A program made the translations under genes and the position numbers. From contig WELB01000022.1 of NCBI GenBank assembly GCA_009602725.1, positions 246,715 through 310,714 on the forward strand: 64,000 bases of DNA, in the 5' to 3' direction. The DNA is from Spirogloea muscicola (taxonomy: Eukaryota). Each line of letters begins with the position of its first letter. Positions within the stretch are counted from its first letter, which is position 1. A model generated the notes under the pieces. It saw only the letters and a list, made by a program, of their open reading frames with translations, was not told the origin of the DNA and searched no databases. This document shows positions 1 to 11,579 of the stretch, in pieces.

Positions 1-494
1 CGCCGCCGCCGCCGCCGCCGCGGCGCTTGGCGGCCGCCGTGAGACCGGCGGCGGCGAGGGTGGGGCGGCGGGGCGAATCGAACCTCCGACCTCGAACCTC
101 CCTCCTCCCTCCCTCCTCCCTCCCTCCTCCCTCCCTCCTCCCCCCCGCCGGACGGGACGCGGCGGAGGAGGGAGGGAGGCCCCCCACCCCCCTGCGCTTC
201 CGAGAAGGGGGGAGGGTGGGGTCCCTCGAGGCGTCCGTGCGCCTTTCGCCCCTCGCCCTCCCTCCTCCCTCCTCGCCCTCCCTCCCCCGCGGCAGTGGAT
301 AAGCAGGGCCCCCCCTCCCAGCCCGACGGAACGGCGGAGCGGCGACGTGGCCACTTGCGGGTCTGCAGCGTGGCGCCCCGTGCCTTGGGCCGCGGCGCCG
401 CTCGGGGGCCCTGCGACGCAACTCGGGGAGACGAAAGCGGGCTCCCGTCGTCGTCCCGTCACGTTCGCTGCGTAATCCAGCGGAAGAGATGGAC

Positions 495-660
495 GCTTTC
501 CAGTAGAGAAGAAAGTGCTCGCCCATTGAGGATAGGGGCTGGAAAAACCAGCCCCAAAAAAGAATGAACAAAGCACGACAAGGGGGCCAGGGGAAGCGCT
601 AAGAAAAACAAGCACAAAAAGAGAAGTAGAGAGGAAGACTCTTCCAGTAGAGGGCATTGA
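495..660 (-). mobile_element. 3' UTR fragment of CRE-like non-LTR retrotransposon (subfamily ending ...ATCCTCAATGGGCGAGC-CT-rich tail)
   Basis: The reverse complement matches the 3' UTR that follows the RGY* stop at 50578-50712 (TTGTTCATTCTTTTTTGGGGCTGG..CCAGCCCCTATCCTCAATGGGCGAGC). Confidence 0.8.
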
Positions 661-961
661 GTTTTCGTGTGTTTGAAACAACGAAGGCCAAGGTGAAATT
701 GGCCAAGTGCAAAGTTCCTGCACATCTAATGACGTACATCACCCACTGCAAATCGACCCGCTCAGGAACCACGGGTCAACACAAAAGGTCACTAATCAAT
801 GCCTGAATACCAGATGGCAGATTCCAAGCCCTTCTGCCACCAAGTAGAGCTCGCCCAGCATTCTGGTGCCAAAGCATGAGCCTGAGCACGCTGCAAACAG
901 GCCGACACTCGAGGTCGCAAGAACGACATACGTGCAGCTGGCAAGCCCATCTCAGCCGGAA

Positions 962-1225
962 GCACATCTGCGCGTCGTACATGGACTACAGTGGCAATAT
1001 CCTGAAGGAGAGGGTGGGAACGAGGACCTAAACAGCCAAAGATATCGACTGCAGCTGGCAGGAGCTGATCGCAGTGGGGTTAGTCGGAGTAATGCACATC
1101 TGCGCGTCGTACATAGCCTACATTGGCAATATCCTGAAGGGGAGGGTGGGAACGAGGACCTAAACAGCCAAAGATATCGACTGCAGCTGGCAGGAGCTGA
1201 TCGCAGTGGGGGTAGTCGGAGTAAT
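962..1225. repeat. Tandem duplication, 2 x ~132 bp
   Basis: GCACATCTGCGCGTCGTACAT...GCAGTGGGG(T/G)TAGTCGGAGTAAT occurs twice back to back with a few substitutions; it is visible as a 44-aa repeat in ORF 866..1375. Confidence 0.95.
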
Positions 1226-1387
1226 GCCGCAGCTTTCTATGTTCTGCACTGTCCACTGCGTGGCCACCAATGTGCGTCGATGCTGGACCTTATAAGCCTC
1301 CATAAAACAACATCAACCAAGGCCCGTGGTCCTCCACCAGGGTGCACTCCCACAATGTATGGGGTGCGGCGATGATGATGGGCGGTG

Positions 1388-2620
1388 GCTGTGAGAAATG
1401 TGGCGCTCCCAATGGGGGGCAAGGGCTGTGAACAGCCAGCCCAAAAAAAATTGACAAGGTCCGAAGGGGCCAAAAGCGCTGTCTCAGAGCTCGGTAGGAT
1501 GGATCACTTGGTAGCCACAGGCGAAAGACTAGCAGCCGGAAAGCAATCCCCCTGACGAAAGCCAGAAGCTGCAGCTGAAGCACGGTCGGCACGCAGGTGC
1601 AAGGCCTAAGACATGGCCCGTAGGAGGGAGATAGAGAGGCGCATACGGTAGACCTGAGCTAGCGAGCCAGCGGCGTTGAAGTCAGCCTGCTCACCTCGCC
1701 TGCTGGACACAACGCGCCGTACAAGGCGGGCCAACAGGTCGAGCCACTGTGAGAGGCCAGCCCAGAAAAAGAATGAACAGAGTAAGAGGCGGAAGGCGCG
1801 CGGGGCGCATGAATCGAAAGGGAGGCCAATTCAAGCCAATTCATTCTTCAGGCAGAGTCTAGTGCAAACTAAACAAGGCTGCATAATATGGAGACCTAAA
1901 CGAAGGTGCCTAAGGTGACATCAGTACCCACGGGTGCACAAACAAATCTGACAAGGTAACTTGGGGAGCTGGAGCGCCACCACGAAAGCCGGAGGCCAGG
2001 AGTAAGAAGAGAGAGAGCGCGTGGGGCGCACATGACATGACATGAACAGCTCTGTCAATGTAAGGCAATCGGCTGAGAGGTCTGCCCAAGGAGATAAACA
2101 GGAATGTAATATCTAAATACGGCTGCTTAGCCAAATTTAGAATACGCTACCACTCCCTGGCTCACGCAGCGCACTTAGCGGGCAGGCCGCTCTGTGGCTG
2201 CTGCTTCTGGGTCTCGTGGGGGTGCTTCTTTTCCTGCAACAAGTTACGCCGACTTGCTGGTGCTAACCCGGGGTTGCTAAGCTCCCCTCCGCTGTAGTCT
2301 CGGGCATAGCTGTGTGGTTTAGGCGCCTTTCAGCCCAGTTCACTACGCGGAGCCGTCAAGCTAAAGAGGGAGAAGGCGCGCGGTGCGCATAAATTGAAAG
2401 GGAGGCCAATTCTAGCCTTACAAATGTCTTTTTTACTGGGTAATGAGCTGGCTAAGGGGGACACTAAATATCCCCGAGTGAGCACATGCATATCTGACAA
2501 GCTATACTGAGGAGCCAAACCACCCCCACGGAAGCCATTAGCCTGGGCTAATGCACGACCAGCACGCTGGTGGATCGCGAGTGCCTGAGAGCGCTGCAGA
2601 CTCAACGATAACCGCATTCT
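1388..2620. mobile_element. Nested cluster of truncated CRE-like retroelement 3' ends (minus copies ~1388-1790, 1790-2040, 2365-2620; plus copy ~2140-2280)
   Basis: Degenerate C-terminal peptides (ADFNAAGSLAQVYRMRLS; MRLSLSLQRSQALAIHQRAGRALAQANGFRGG...SLSDMHVLTRGY) followed by the family 3' UTR motifs. Confidence 0.85.
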
Positions 2621-2639
2621 AAAGCATGCAACTAGGGCT

Positions 2640-3702
2640 TGCGGGGGCTAAAGGGGGCGAGGGCTGTGAAAAGCTTCAGCCCAAACGGATGAACGGAGGT
2701 CCAGAAACAGGCGAAAGCGCAGCTGAAATTGGGGGCTTGGGGGAGGGGAAGGCTCTTTTTCACTAAGAAAGACAAGCACACAAGAAGAAACAAAGCAGCT
2801 ACTAATCACTCAGTAACCCCTGCTAAGCAGTTGCAGGTCAGAGAGACTATGCTCCTGGAAGTATGTCCCCTGGCCAGAGCCAGAGGCAGCAGCGAGGGCT
2901 CGGCCGGCACGCAGGTGCAGCGCACGGGCCATTGACCTCTGCAGCGAGACGGCCAGGCGCAAGCGGTACACCTGGGCGAGCGACCCAGCTGCAGGGAAGT
3001 CCACCGGCTCCCCATGGAAGCGGCGGGCGACGGCGTGACGGGCAAGCTGGTGGAGCAGTTCGAGCCACCGGGCACCCAATGCCCCGTGTGTGTCGATGGC
3101 CAGCAGGAAGAACTCGTCAGCTGGCGGATGGTCTGTGTACTTGAGTTCTTTGGCACGAGCGGCGCAGGCGACCGCATACCCAGGCTTGGTTGCACACTGG
3201 GCTGGGTGGGATTGGTCGAATGCGTCGGTAGTCACCACGTCCAGGAGGAGACGTGGCCCGCCGACCTGTGGGGTGGCCACCAGGTCCACACGACGGGCGT
3301 GGAGACCGTCGGCCCTGTCCTGGAGCGGCATGATCCCAGAGTGCTCCGCTGCCACAGAGAAGCCAGCCTCCACCAGGATGCCGTGCATTGCGTCCCGGAG
3401 GCGGTCATGGGCCGCTGTCCGCTCTCCGCCGTGCGAGCAGCGCAGAACGTGAGCGGCCAGCTCCCCCTGCTCGGCCCCGCGCTCACCACACTCACATTGA
3501 CGCACGCCCTGGAGGCATGGCGGCGGCAGGCCGAGGAGCCTGTGGACGGCACTCCGGAATACCTCGTCCGGGAGGGCGAGGGCGTCGTTGAGTGGGAGGG
3601 CCTGGAGCCACGCCGCTGCCCCCGGGGAAGCGGCCGAGTGGAGTCTCGCGCGCCCGCGCAGGTCGGCCTCGGGGAGCTGCAGCACGGCGGTGGTGTAGGC
3701 GG
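2640..3702 (-). mobile_element. Longest copy: C-terminal zinc knuckle plus restriction-like endonuclease (RLE) of a CRE-clade-like non-LTR retrotransposon, with 3' UTR; 5' part lost in the gap
   Basis: Open frame 3702->2810: AAAWLQALP...FRSAVHRLLGLP, CECG-x-HVLRC (CCHC), GGERTAAHD, RRVDL...LLLDVVT...AKELKY, LAIDTHGALG, ...RLAVSLQR. This is the motif order of RLE-type non-LTR elements; the CRE assignment is from motif recall. Confidence 0.88.
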
Positions 3703-4307
3703 NNNNNNNNNNNNNNNNNNNNNNNNNNNNNNNNNNNNNNNNNNNNNNNNNNNNNNNNNNNNNNNNNNNNNNNNNNNNNNNNNNNNNNNNNNNNNNNNNN
3801 NNNNNNNNNNNNNNNNNNNNNNNNNNNNNNNNNNNNNNNNNNNNNNNNNNNNNNNNNNNNNNNNNNNNNNNNNNNNNNNNNNNNNNNNNNNNNNNNNNNN
3901 NNNNNNNNNNNNNNNNNNNNNNNNNNNNNNNNNNNNNNNNNNNNNNNNNNNNNNNNNNNNNNNNNNNNNNNNNNNNNNNNNNNNNNNNNNNNNNNNNNNN
4001 NNNNNNNNNNNNNNNNNNNNNNNNNNNNNNNNNNNNNNNNNNNNNNNNNNNNNNNNNNNNNNNNNNNNNNNNNNNNNNNNNNNNNNNNNNNNNNNNNNNN
4101 NNNNNNNNNNNNNNNNNNNNNNNNNNNNNNNNNNNNNNNNNNNNNNNNNNNNNNNNNNNNNNNNNNNNNNNNNNNNNNNNNNNNNNNNNNNNNNNNNNNN
4201 NNNNNNNNNNNNNNNNNNNNNNNNNNNNNNNNNNNNNNNNNNNNNNNNNNNNNNNNNNNNNNNNNNNNNNNNNNNNNNNNNNNNNNNNNNNNNNNNNNNN
4301 NNNNNNN
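3703..4307. other. Assembly gap (N run)
   Basis: Ns, flanked on both sides by retroelement sequence. Confidence 1.
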
Positions 4308-5260
4308 TTGCCCCATGTGTGTCGATGGCCAACGGGAAGAACTCGTCTTCCCGCGGATGATCCGCGTACTTCAGCTCTTTGGCCCGAGCAGCGCAGGCGA
4401 CCGCATACCCAGCCGTGGTGGCACATTTAGCTGGGTGTGAGCGGTCATAGGCATCAGTAGTCACCACGTCCAGGAGAAGACGTGGCCCGCCGGCCTGTCG
4501 GGTGGCCTGGAAAAGCCAGCCTCAAAAGAAGCGCGGCCAGATTGACTGGTGGCTGGGAAAGGCCAGCCCAAAGGAGCCGGAGTGCGAACGACTAGGACTA
4601 AGACATCAGCCAGGGAACGCTCAGTAACCTCTAGGCCAGCCCAAAAGGAATGAACAGAGTACGAGAAAGCGCGGCCAGATTGACTGGTGGCTGGGAAAGG
4701 CCAGCCCAAAGGAGTGGACAAGGTCTGAAGGAGCCCGAGTACGAAGGACTAGGACTAAGACACGATCACAACGATTGCCTTGCTTTGCGATGATGGTTGT
4801 GATCAGTTGCGGCGAAAACATTCTGGTTCTGGCTATGGCGGCGTCGGGCGTAGTCCGGAAACGCGGCAGCCGAGTGGTATGATCCTCTGCGGGGGCCCGA
4901 CGTCCCGCCCCGTCCCCTCCAGTCCCCGGAAGATCTCCCGCAGGTGCTTCACCCAAGTGCTTCGATTAGCCCCCTTCTTGAACTGTGTTCATTCTTTTTC
5001 TTGGGCTGGCTGTTCCAGCCCATATCCTCAATGGGCGAGCCCTTTCTTTTTCCAACGAGAAGGCAATGGCTGTGAGAGGCCAGCCAGCCCCAAGGAGAGA
5101 AGGCGCGCGGGGCGCATGAAATGAAAGGGAGGCCAATTCAAGCCAGTACATTGTTCAGGCGAAGGCTACTGCAGACTAAACAAGGCTAAATATACCTCAA
5201 GTAAGGTGCCTAAGGCGACATCAATACCCACGGGTGAGCACAAACAAATCTGACAAGGAA
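4308..5260. mobile_element. Second RLE fragment (4308-4500, minus) and stacked 3' UTR fragments of several subfamilies
   Basis: DVVTTDAYDRSHPAKCATTAGYAVACAARAKELKYADHPREDEFFPLAIDTHGA; near-duplicate UTR units at 4525-4610 and 4665-4765; plus-strand UTR at 4970-5050; minus-strand UTR at 5095-5260. Confidence 0.85.
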
Positions 5261-5329
5261 TAAACGAAGGGGGCCCCCGGGCGGCCGTCCCGCCCTCCCT
5301 CCCCCGCCGCCGCCCAGTGCCACGACCAG

Positions 5330-6000
5330 CCCCTCGCCGGGCTGTGAGAAGCCAGCCCGAAATGAATTGACAAGGTTCGAAGGGGCCAGACTACGAGCTA
5401 AGCAGCGACTTCGGTGCCTGAAGAGGCTATGGCAGAACGGGGGAGGATGGACCACTCAGTAGTTACGAGTGAGGAGCCTCACATCCGACAGACTAGCTGC
5501 CGGAAAAGTATCCCCCTGACGAAAGCCGGAGGCCGCAGGGAGAAGCACGGCCAGCACGCAGATGCAAGGCGTGGGCCATGGACCGCTGGAGGGAGACTGA
5601 CAATCGCATGCGGTATACCTGGGCCCACGAGCCAGCGGCGTTGAAGTCAGCCGGCTCGTGGGCCCAGGTATACCGCATGCGATTGTCAGTCTCCCTCCAG
5701 CGGTCCATGGCCCACGTCTTGCATCTGCGGTCTGCGTGCTGGCCGTGCTCTCGCTGCGGCCTCAGGCTTTCGGCAGGGGGATAGTTTTCCGGCGCTAGTC
5801 TGTCGGATTTGAGGCTCCTCACTCGTAAACACTGAGTGGTCCATTCTCCCCCGTTCTGACCTAGCATCTTCAGGCCCCTTCGTAGCTGCTTTGCGCTTTT
5901 TAGGCCCCTCCATCATTCGGCCCCTTCGAACCTTCGTCAATTCTTTTCCGGGCTGGCTTTTCACAGCCCTTGCCCCCATTGGGAGTGCCACTTCTCTTAG
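5330..6000. repeat. Inverted repeat formed by two head-to-head retroelement 3' ends
   Basis: Arms ~5415-5633 and ~5653-5878 are reverse complements (the same peptide MDRWRETDNRMRYTWAHEPA is read on both strands), with a ~19 bp spacer. The outer 3' UTR hairpins at 5340-5390 and 5920-6000 are also inverted. Confidence 0.95.
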
Positions 6001-6129
6001 AGACCTGCGCGCCTTTGCACTGGTCCGAGCTCGCCGGAAGAGCGCGGCGGAGCCCGCGTCGGCGCCGCAGGCAAGGCGGCGCCCGTGGCTTCTCCGCCTG
6101 CGGCACGGAGCGGCGCCGAGCGACGCCGC

Positions 6130-7401
6130 ATGATGGCCGGTGCGTCCCAGCAAACGGCAGCGCCCGGCAGCCGCTTGCCAGGGCCGCTGCCATTTCGCCC
6201 GCGCCGTGGACCGACAGGCCTGCTGCAGCGGTGACGGCGCCCGCTGAGGGAGCGGCTTGCGGGCAGCGGCGGCTGCGCGGGTCGTGAAGCTGCCGCCGCA
6301 GGAGCTCACGACGGAGGCCTTCGCGCGCTACGGCCAGGTCGTCGGCCCCTCGGACGACGGCGCCGCGTTTGGCTCGCAGGATGCGAAGCTGGACCTGAGC
6401 AAAGGAACACCTCGGTGCGGTTATCGCCCCTTTGCCGCTCCCTCAGGGTGGCCGCTGTCTGGGCCACCCTGTGCTGCCAGCGGCACTGCAGCTGGCTGCG
6501 AGGGGAGTTAAGGGCTGCCAGCCCGAATTGGCTGCGTGCCTGTGGGCCACTCATCGCTATCTAGTCCACTGCCTTCGGTGCCACACACCGCTGCGGCGGT
6601 GGTATCGTTAACAAGGTCACCCATCTTATAAGGGCATCTAATAGCTCAACAACTGCGCCTTCCCTTCTGGGCTGGGTACTTGGCGCAGGTTTTACATCAT
6701 GCGCCTGCAAGACCGGCCCCTGTCCTTTGACCGCATCACGCATCACGCAAGCGTTACGCAGTGCCTCGGTTGCGTCGGCGCCAGATCGTGGTACCTAGGC
6801 GTCGCACCCCCCAGTATCGTCACAGAGGCAGGTGTGTTGACAGGCTGCAGGCAGCAGGAGGCCTGATAATGTACCGGTGCTCCGCAACAAGAACACAACT
6901 CGCACCACAAAGACCTCACTCCTGCCCGGCGCCGCGTAAGTCAGGGGGAGAGTCCAGAGCAGCACAGCAGCGGCGGTCGTCTGCCGGGCATTCATACCTG
7001 CCGCCAAAGGTGGACGATGTGGAGGTCTTCCACATAGCAGGCCCGGCCTTTGTGAAGCTCCACCCAGGGACGTGGCATGCTGGCCCGCTCTTCGGCGACG
7101 GCGAGCTTGACTTCTACAACCTGGAGCTGAGCGACACCAATGTGAGCTAACCCCTCGCAGCTCAGCCAGCAGTTACCATCTCAGCCTGGTTGACCAAGTT
7201 GTCCAAGCACCCATACTGAGTAAGAAACGGGGCTGGTGCATGGGCAACCGATGGCTCCTCGTGCAGGTTGTTGACCACACAACGCACATGTTTGCTGAGG
7301 AGGATGGAATTCTCTTTGAGGTGGAGAGCAGAACCAATGGACCTGCACCATCAGAAGAGCCTGACAGCAAGTGCATGCCCGAGGAACCGCCTGTCCGATA
7401 G
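6130..7401 (+). CDS. Ureidoglycolate hydrolase/lyase-like protein (plant cupin-type family), 5 exons
   Basis: GT-AG spliced exons ~6130-6139, 6267-6414, 6689-6831, ~6944-7141, 7267-7401: FARYGQVVGP...LDLSKGTPR|FYIMRL...ITHHASVTQCLG...FVKLHPGTWHAGPLF...FYNLELSDTN|VVDHT. Confidence 0.88.
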
Positions 7402-7705
7402 ACGGGTTTGGTCCCAACAGAGCGACTACGTAGCACCTGGTAGCACTGGGTATGTACTCTACAAAGATATGGTCAAGCTCCCCCGCATCATTTTCCTCAG
7501 GGGCTTGGCGGTGCTGGTGTATGACGTATTTTGCAGCTCCTCACTGGAGCTACCCTCTTTAGGGTGTAGTGTAGTGCACACGACCTTCAGAGTGACCAGA
7601 CCAATGCTTTGTGCTGTACTGCAGCTATTATGGAGCAGGATTGCAGGGCAGTAGACCATCCGCTGTTCAAGCATAGTACTGCAAATGTCTGGACCTTTTA
7701 TGGAT

Positions 7706-9341
7706 TCAGGCAAGCCTGGTCTGTGTTGAGCAGATATCTGTCGGACCCCCTTGTGTGGCCAGTCTTGTCAGATATTGCACAATCTGGTCGTCAAGCTGGG
7801 TCAAGTAGGGTTCTAGCAGCGTTGAGAGCGTGTTGCTGTTTTTGATGATATATTGAAGGGACGAAAACGTCCTAATCCAAGCCTGCATGGTTCCTGCAAT
7901 GCGCATTTCAAGATATCATGTCTATATTTCTGGCATCAAGTGGCATACGCATGTCATGGACACACTAGATGTCGAGCACGACGTGTTGCCAGTACTATGC
8001 CATGCAAGCAACATAGCCATTACCATTCGCCTACCATGGATGTTCATGCAAATCAGACATTTCAGTTACCTGCTCTTCTGCGGAATTGCTGTTACCTGGA
8101 TCTGCTGGAGGTGCCCAGGCCTGCCAGTGGCGTTTCAGTATGCTTTCCATCAGCTGCAACCTGTTAGCAGGATATGTATTTCCAGGAAGCAGTCACTAAT
8201 AGGTTACAGAGAAAGAGCAATAGAGGCAATGCAAGGTCCCCTCAGTTACAGGGTAGCAGAGTGCCATACATAGTGAAGAAGCTATCAAAAACTTCGGCTG
8301 AGCTTTTTGTGAAAGGATCCTCATTCCGAAGACTTGGTTCAACCCTTGTCATCTCGAATGTGGCAGCTGCAAGTATTTGATGCGCGATGTCGACATCTAC
8401 TGCCATATCTATTAGGAGATCTTGACTCCCACTCCAACCCTCAGCCGGCTCTGATTCTAAGAGACCACTTTTTCTGGCAGCAAAATTGGCTACAAGCTGA
8501 GGCACGATCTTTGAGGGAGCTGGAGGATTGCATGGGTGCTGCTGCTGGGTCCTCTGTGAGTCCTGTCCTCCAGCTTCAACAACAGAAACATTGTGAATCT
8601 ATTGCTGCTCAGTCTGCTGTTGTTTACAGGCAGGCATAATAGTAATAGCACTACACACTACTTCTAACTGCTAAGTCCGCGCTGCAGGGGTACTTGATGT
8701 TCCCTGTGTCACGAGGCAGAATTACAGGGTCTCCAGGAACAAGCTGATCAAAGAGCACCAAGCAGCTTGGTCCTCATCAACAGCTTTTACCTTCCTGCGA
8801 CGTTAGACCCGAAGAACTTCTCTGCTCACGGAGCTGAGCGCAGGCATTGAGCAGCTGCTCTTCCAGTTCACTCACGCGCTGACAGAGTATAGAGCTCACT
8901 CTGGTCAATTGTTCCTCAAGAGCTTGAACCTGCACGAAGAATGATGTTAGCATTTCCCTCCTGGCTGATCAGCTTACCGATTTTGTATCATTCAGGCATA
9001 CTCGCGAGAGCCTGTCTACAATGGAGATGCGCATGACGCCTGAACGATAATGAGCTGATGAGCTGCGGTGTAGTGCACTGACTCACCTGCTGGTGGAGCC
9101 GCTTTATCTCCTCAGCGATCAACGGCGCTGACCGGTTGACCTTGACGATGGCGGCCGCGATGGCGAATCGGATGGCCTGCTCGGGCACGGCATTGCCGCC
9201 GGCCGCCGGGAGGAGCGACTGGAAGCCGCCGTGGGCGGCATCAGCGGCGCAGCCGCCGCCACCGCTGGACGCCTGCTGGGAATCGGTCGCCAGCGCCAGC
9301 ACCCGCGGCGGCGGCGGTGGCGGCCGCGCGGCGGCGGGCAG

Positions 9342-9344
<3 letters not shown>
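7706..9344 (-). CDS. Hypothetical coiled-coil protein, multi-exon; 3' boundary uncertain
   Basis: Exons ~9344-9088, ~8930-8791 and ~8573-8270 join in frame through GT-AG sites (EQAIRFAIAAAIVKV...EIKRLHQQ|VQALEEQL...). Later exons down to ~7706 are tentative. Confidence 0.55.
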
Positions 9345-9399
<55 letters not shown>

Positions 9400-9436
9400 G
9401 CAAGTCATTGTGGGCAACCCACACAAACAGAGGCCC

Positions 9437-9940
9437 NNNNNNNNNNNNNNNNNNNNNNNNNNNNNNNNNNNNNNNNNNNNNNNNNNNNNNNNNNNNNNNN
9501 NNNNNNNNNNNNNNNNNNNNNNNNNNNNNNNNNNNNNNNNNNNNNNNNNNNNNNNNNNNNNNNNNNNNNNNNNNNNNNNNNNNNNNNNNNNNNNNNNNNN
9601 NNNNNNNNNNNNNNNNNNNNNNNNNNNNNNNNNNNNNNNNNNNNNNNNNNNNNNNNNNNNNNNNNNNNNNNNNNNNNNNNNNNNNNNNNNNNNNNNNNNN
9701 NNNNNNNNNNNNNNNNNNNNNNNNNNNNNNNNNNNNNNNNNNNNNNNNNNNNNNNNNNNNNNNNNNNNNNNNNNNNNNNNNNNNNNNNNNNNNNNNNNNN
9801 NNNNNNNNNNNNNNNNNNNNNNNNNNNNNNNNNNNNNNNNNNNNNNNNNNNNNNNNNNNNNNNNNNNNNNNNNNNNNNNNNNNNNNNNNNNNNNNNNNNN
9901 NNNNNNNNNNNNNNNNNNNNNNNNNNNNNNNNNNNNNNNN
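9437..9940. other. Assembly gap (N run)
   Basis: Ns. Confidence 1.
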
Positions 9941-9998
9941 GACATCTAGTATTCAGGCATCGATTAGCGACCTTCATGTTTTGACCCGCGGTTACTGA
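9941..9998 (+). mobile_element. Retroelement ORF C-terminus fragment
   Basis: Translates as ...ASISDLHVLTRGY*, the family C-terminal signature. Confidence 0.75.
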
Positions 9999-10243
9999 GC
10001 GGGTCAATCTGCTGTAGGTTATGTAGGTCTTGAGATGTGCTTGCCTTGTACTTGGCCATTTGGCCTTCGTTTGTGTCAAATGCACGAAATCTGACTGTGA
10101 AGGACCTCACTGCTTTGTGGTCGTCGCCACTGCCGACAGGCTGAACGCGGCACAGACCTCCGCCGCCGCGCAGTCAGGGCTGTGGTCAAGGCTCGCGAAT
10201 GCAGGGCTGGATGGAAGCCCTGGACCAGGCCTGGAACTGAAGC

Positions 10244-11579
10244 TTGCCCTCTGGCGGTGTCCCCAGCCGCTTGCTGCGGCGGCGGCGGCGGCGGCGGCAT
10301 CGGCGCTGCGAGAAGGCGAGGGCGCCGCCGCCGCCGCCGCCGCCGCCGCGCAGCCTGCAGTGTACACAGGTCAGCCGCTTTGCAAGAGCGCCACCCAGGT
10401 CCCGCCTCGGCGAATCTCCACGCTGTCTCAGAGCTCCGCCGCCGCCGCCACTGCCGACGCTGCCGGCGCCGCCATGGCTGCCGCCCGCAGTGGGACGGGC
10501 GACGAACGTGCAATGGCACGCGGGGTCTGTCGGGCCGGAGGAGCGGCAGCGCGTGCTCGGCCAGAAGGGGTGCGTCGTGTGGATGACCGGCCTCAGCGGC
10601 TCCGGCAAGTCCACGCTCGCCTACGCGCTGGACCACGCGCTCGCCGCCGCCGGCAGGGCCGCCTACGTCCTCGACGGCGACAACGTGCGCCACGGCCTCA
10701 GCTCCGACCTCGGCTTCAGGTCCGCCGCCGGGACAGCGCCGCCATATAGTCCTGTTTGCATAAGATTCAAGAACAGAATCTTGCTGTGTTGCAGATTCTT
10801 GCAATATCACAGTACTAGCAATCCAGTAGCTTTTACTTGTACACGAGGTTCGCTGCTCAGCGGCTTGCCACGCCCGCCGCCTGAGCTGAGAGCTGAGCTT
10901 TGAGCTCTTGTGCCTTCTGGGCGCTCCCCCTGTCGGCTGCCGTGTCGCTGCAGCCCGGAGGACCGGCGCGAGAACATCCGCCGCGTCGCCGAGGTGGCAA
11001 GGCTCTTTGCCGATGCCAACATTATCACCATTGTGAGCTTCATCTCGCCGTACAGGTGAGCGAATGCTGCTGCTGCTGCTGCGGCCTGCCTTGTGCGCCG
11101 CTGTGCTCTCGGTGCTCCCCTGGAAGCCGCCACCGACGCCCCATTGCACAACGCTGTTCGCCGGCCAGGCGGGATCGGGAGTTTGCGCGGGCGCTCATTT
11201 CTCCGGGCTCGTTTGTGGAGGTGTACATGCGCATCCCGCTGGCAGTGTGCGAGCGCCGCGACCCAAAGGGCCTCTACAAGCTCGCGCGGGCCGGCAAGCT
11301 CAAAGCTTTCACAGGTATGCGTTGCCAGGCCAAGCAACTCGCCTTGACCTCGTCAGGAAGGGTACTCGAGGCCGCTAATGGCAAGCTGCAGTCCACGCTC
11401 TCGATGCTAATGGTGCAACGTTGCCAGGTATTGACGACCCATATGAGGAGCCGGAGGCGCCTGAGATAGTGATGGAGGTTGCATGCAATGATGGCGTGCT
11501 CAGGCCGCCGGAGCTTATGGCCCAGCATCTGCTGGACTACCTTGGCAATAAGGGCTTCCTCTCTGGGCCCGCAGCGTGA
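10244..11579 (+). CDS. APK: Adenylyl-sulfate (APS) kinase; start uncertain
   Basis: NVQWH...[18 protein letters not shown] (P-loop), [52 protein letters not shown]; 4 exons, stop at 11579. Confidence 0.95.

Noticed and set aside
1..300. Pro/Ser-rich ORF 27..302 and GCC-repeat ORFs elsewhere (16326-17160, 34240-34370)
   Set aside because: Low-complexity GC-rich and microsatellite DNA stays open in many frames; no recognisable domain.
4510..4765. Short repeated hairpin units resembling a CRISPR array or REP elements
   Set aside because: Spacing is irregular, the units are diverged, there are no cas genes and the context is eukaryotic. The same hairpin follows the retroelement stop codon elsewhere, so these are 3' UTR fragments.
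5338..5390. TGGCTGTGAGAGG-like motif followed by GGTTCGAA, as Pol III A/B boxes of a tRNA-SINE
   Set aside because: Imperfect boxes, short spacing and no cloverleaf; most copies read GGTCCGAA or GGTCTGAA.
9345..9395. ~50-nt poly(A) as a retrocopy tail
   Set aside because: It lies ~40 bp from a gap and on the wrong side and strand of the adjacent gene; probably a homopolymer or assembly artefact.
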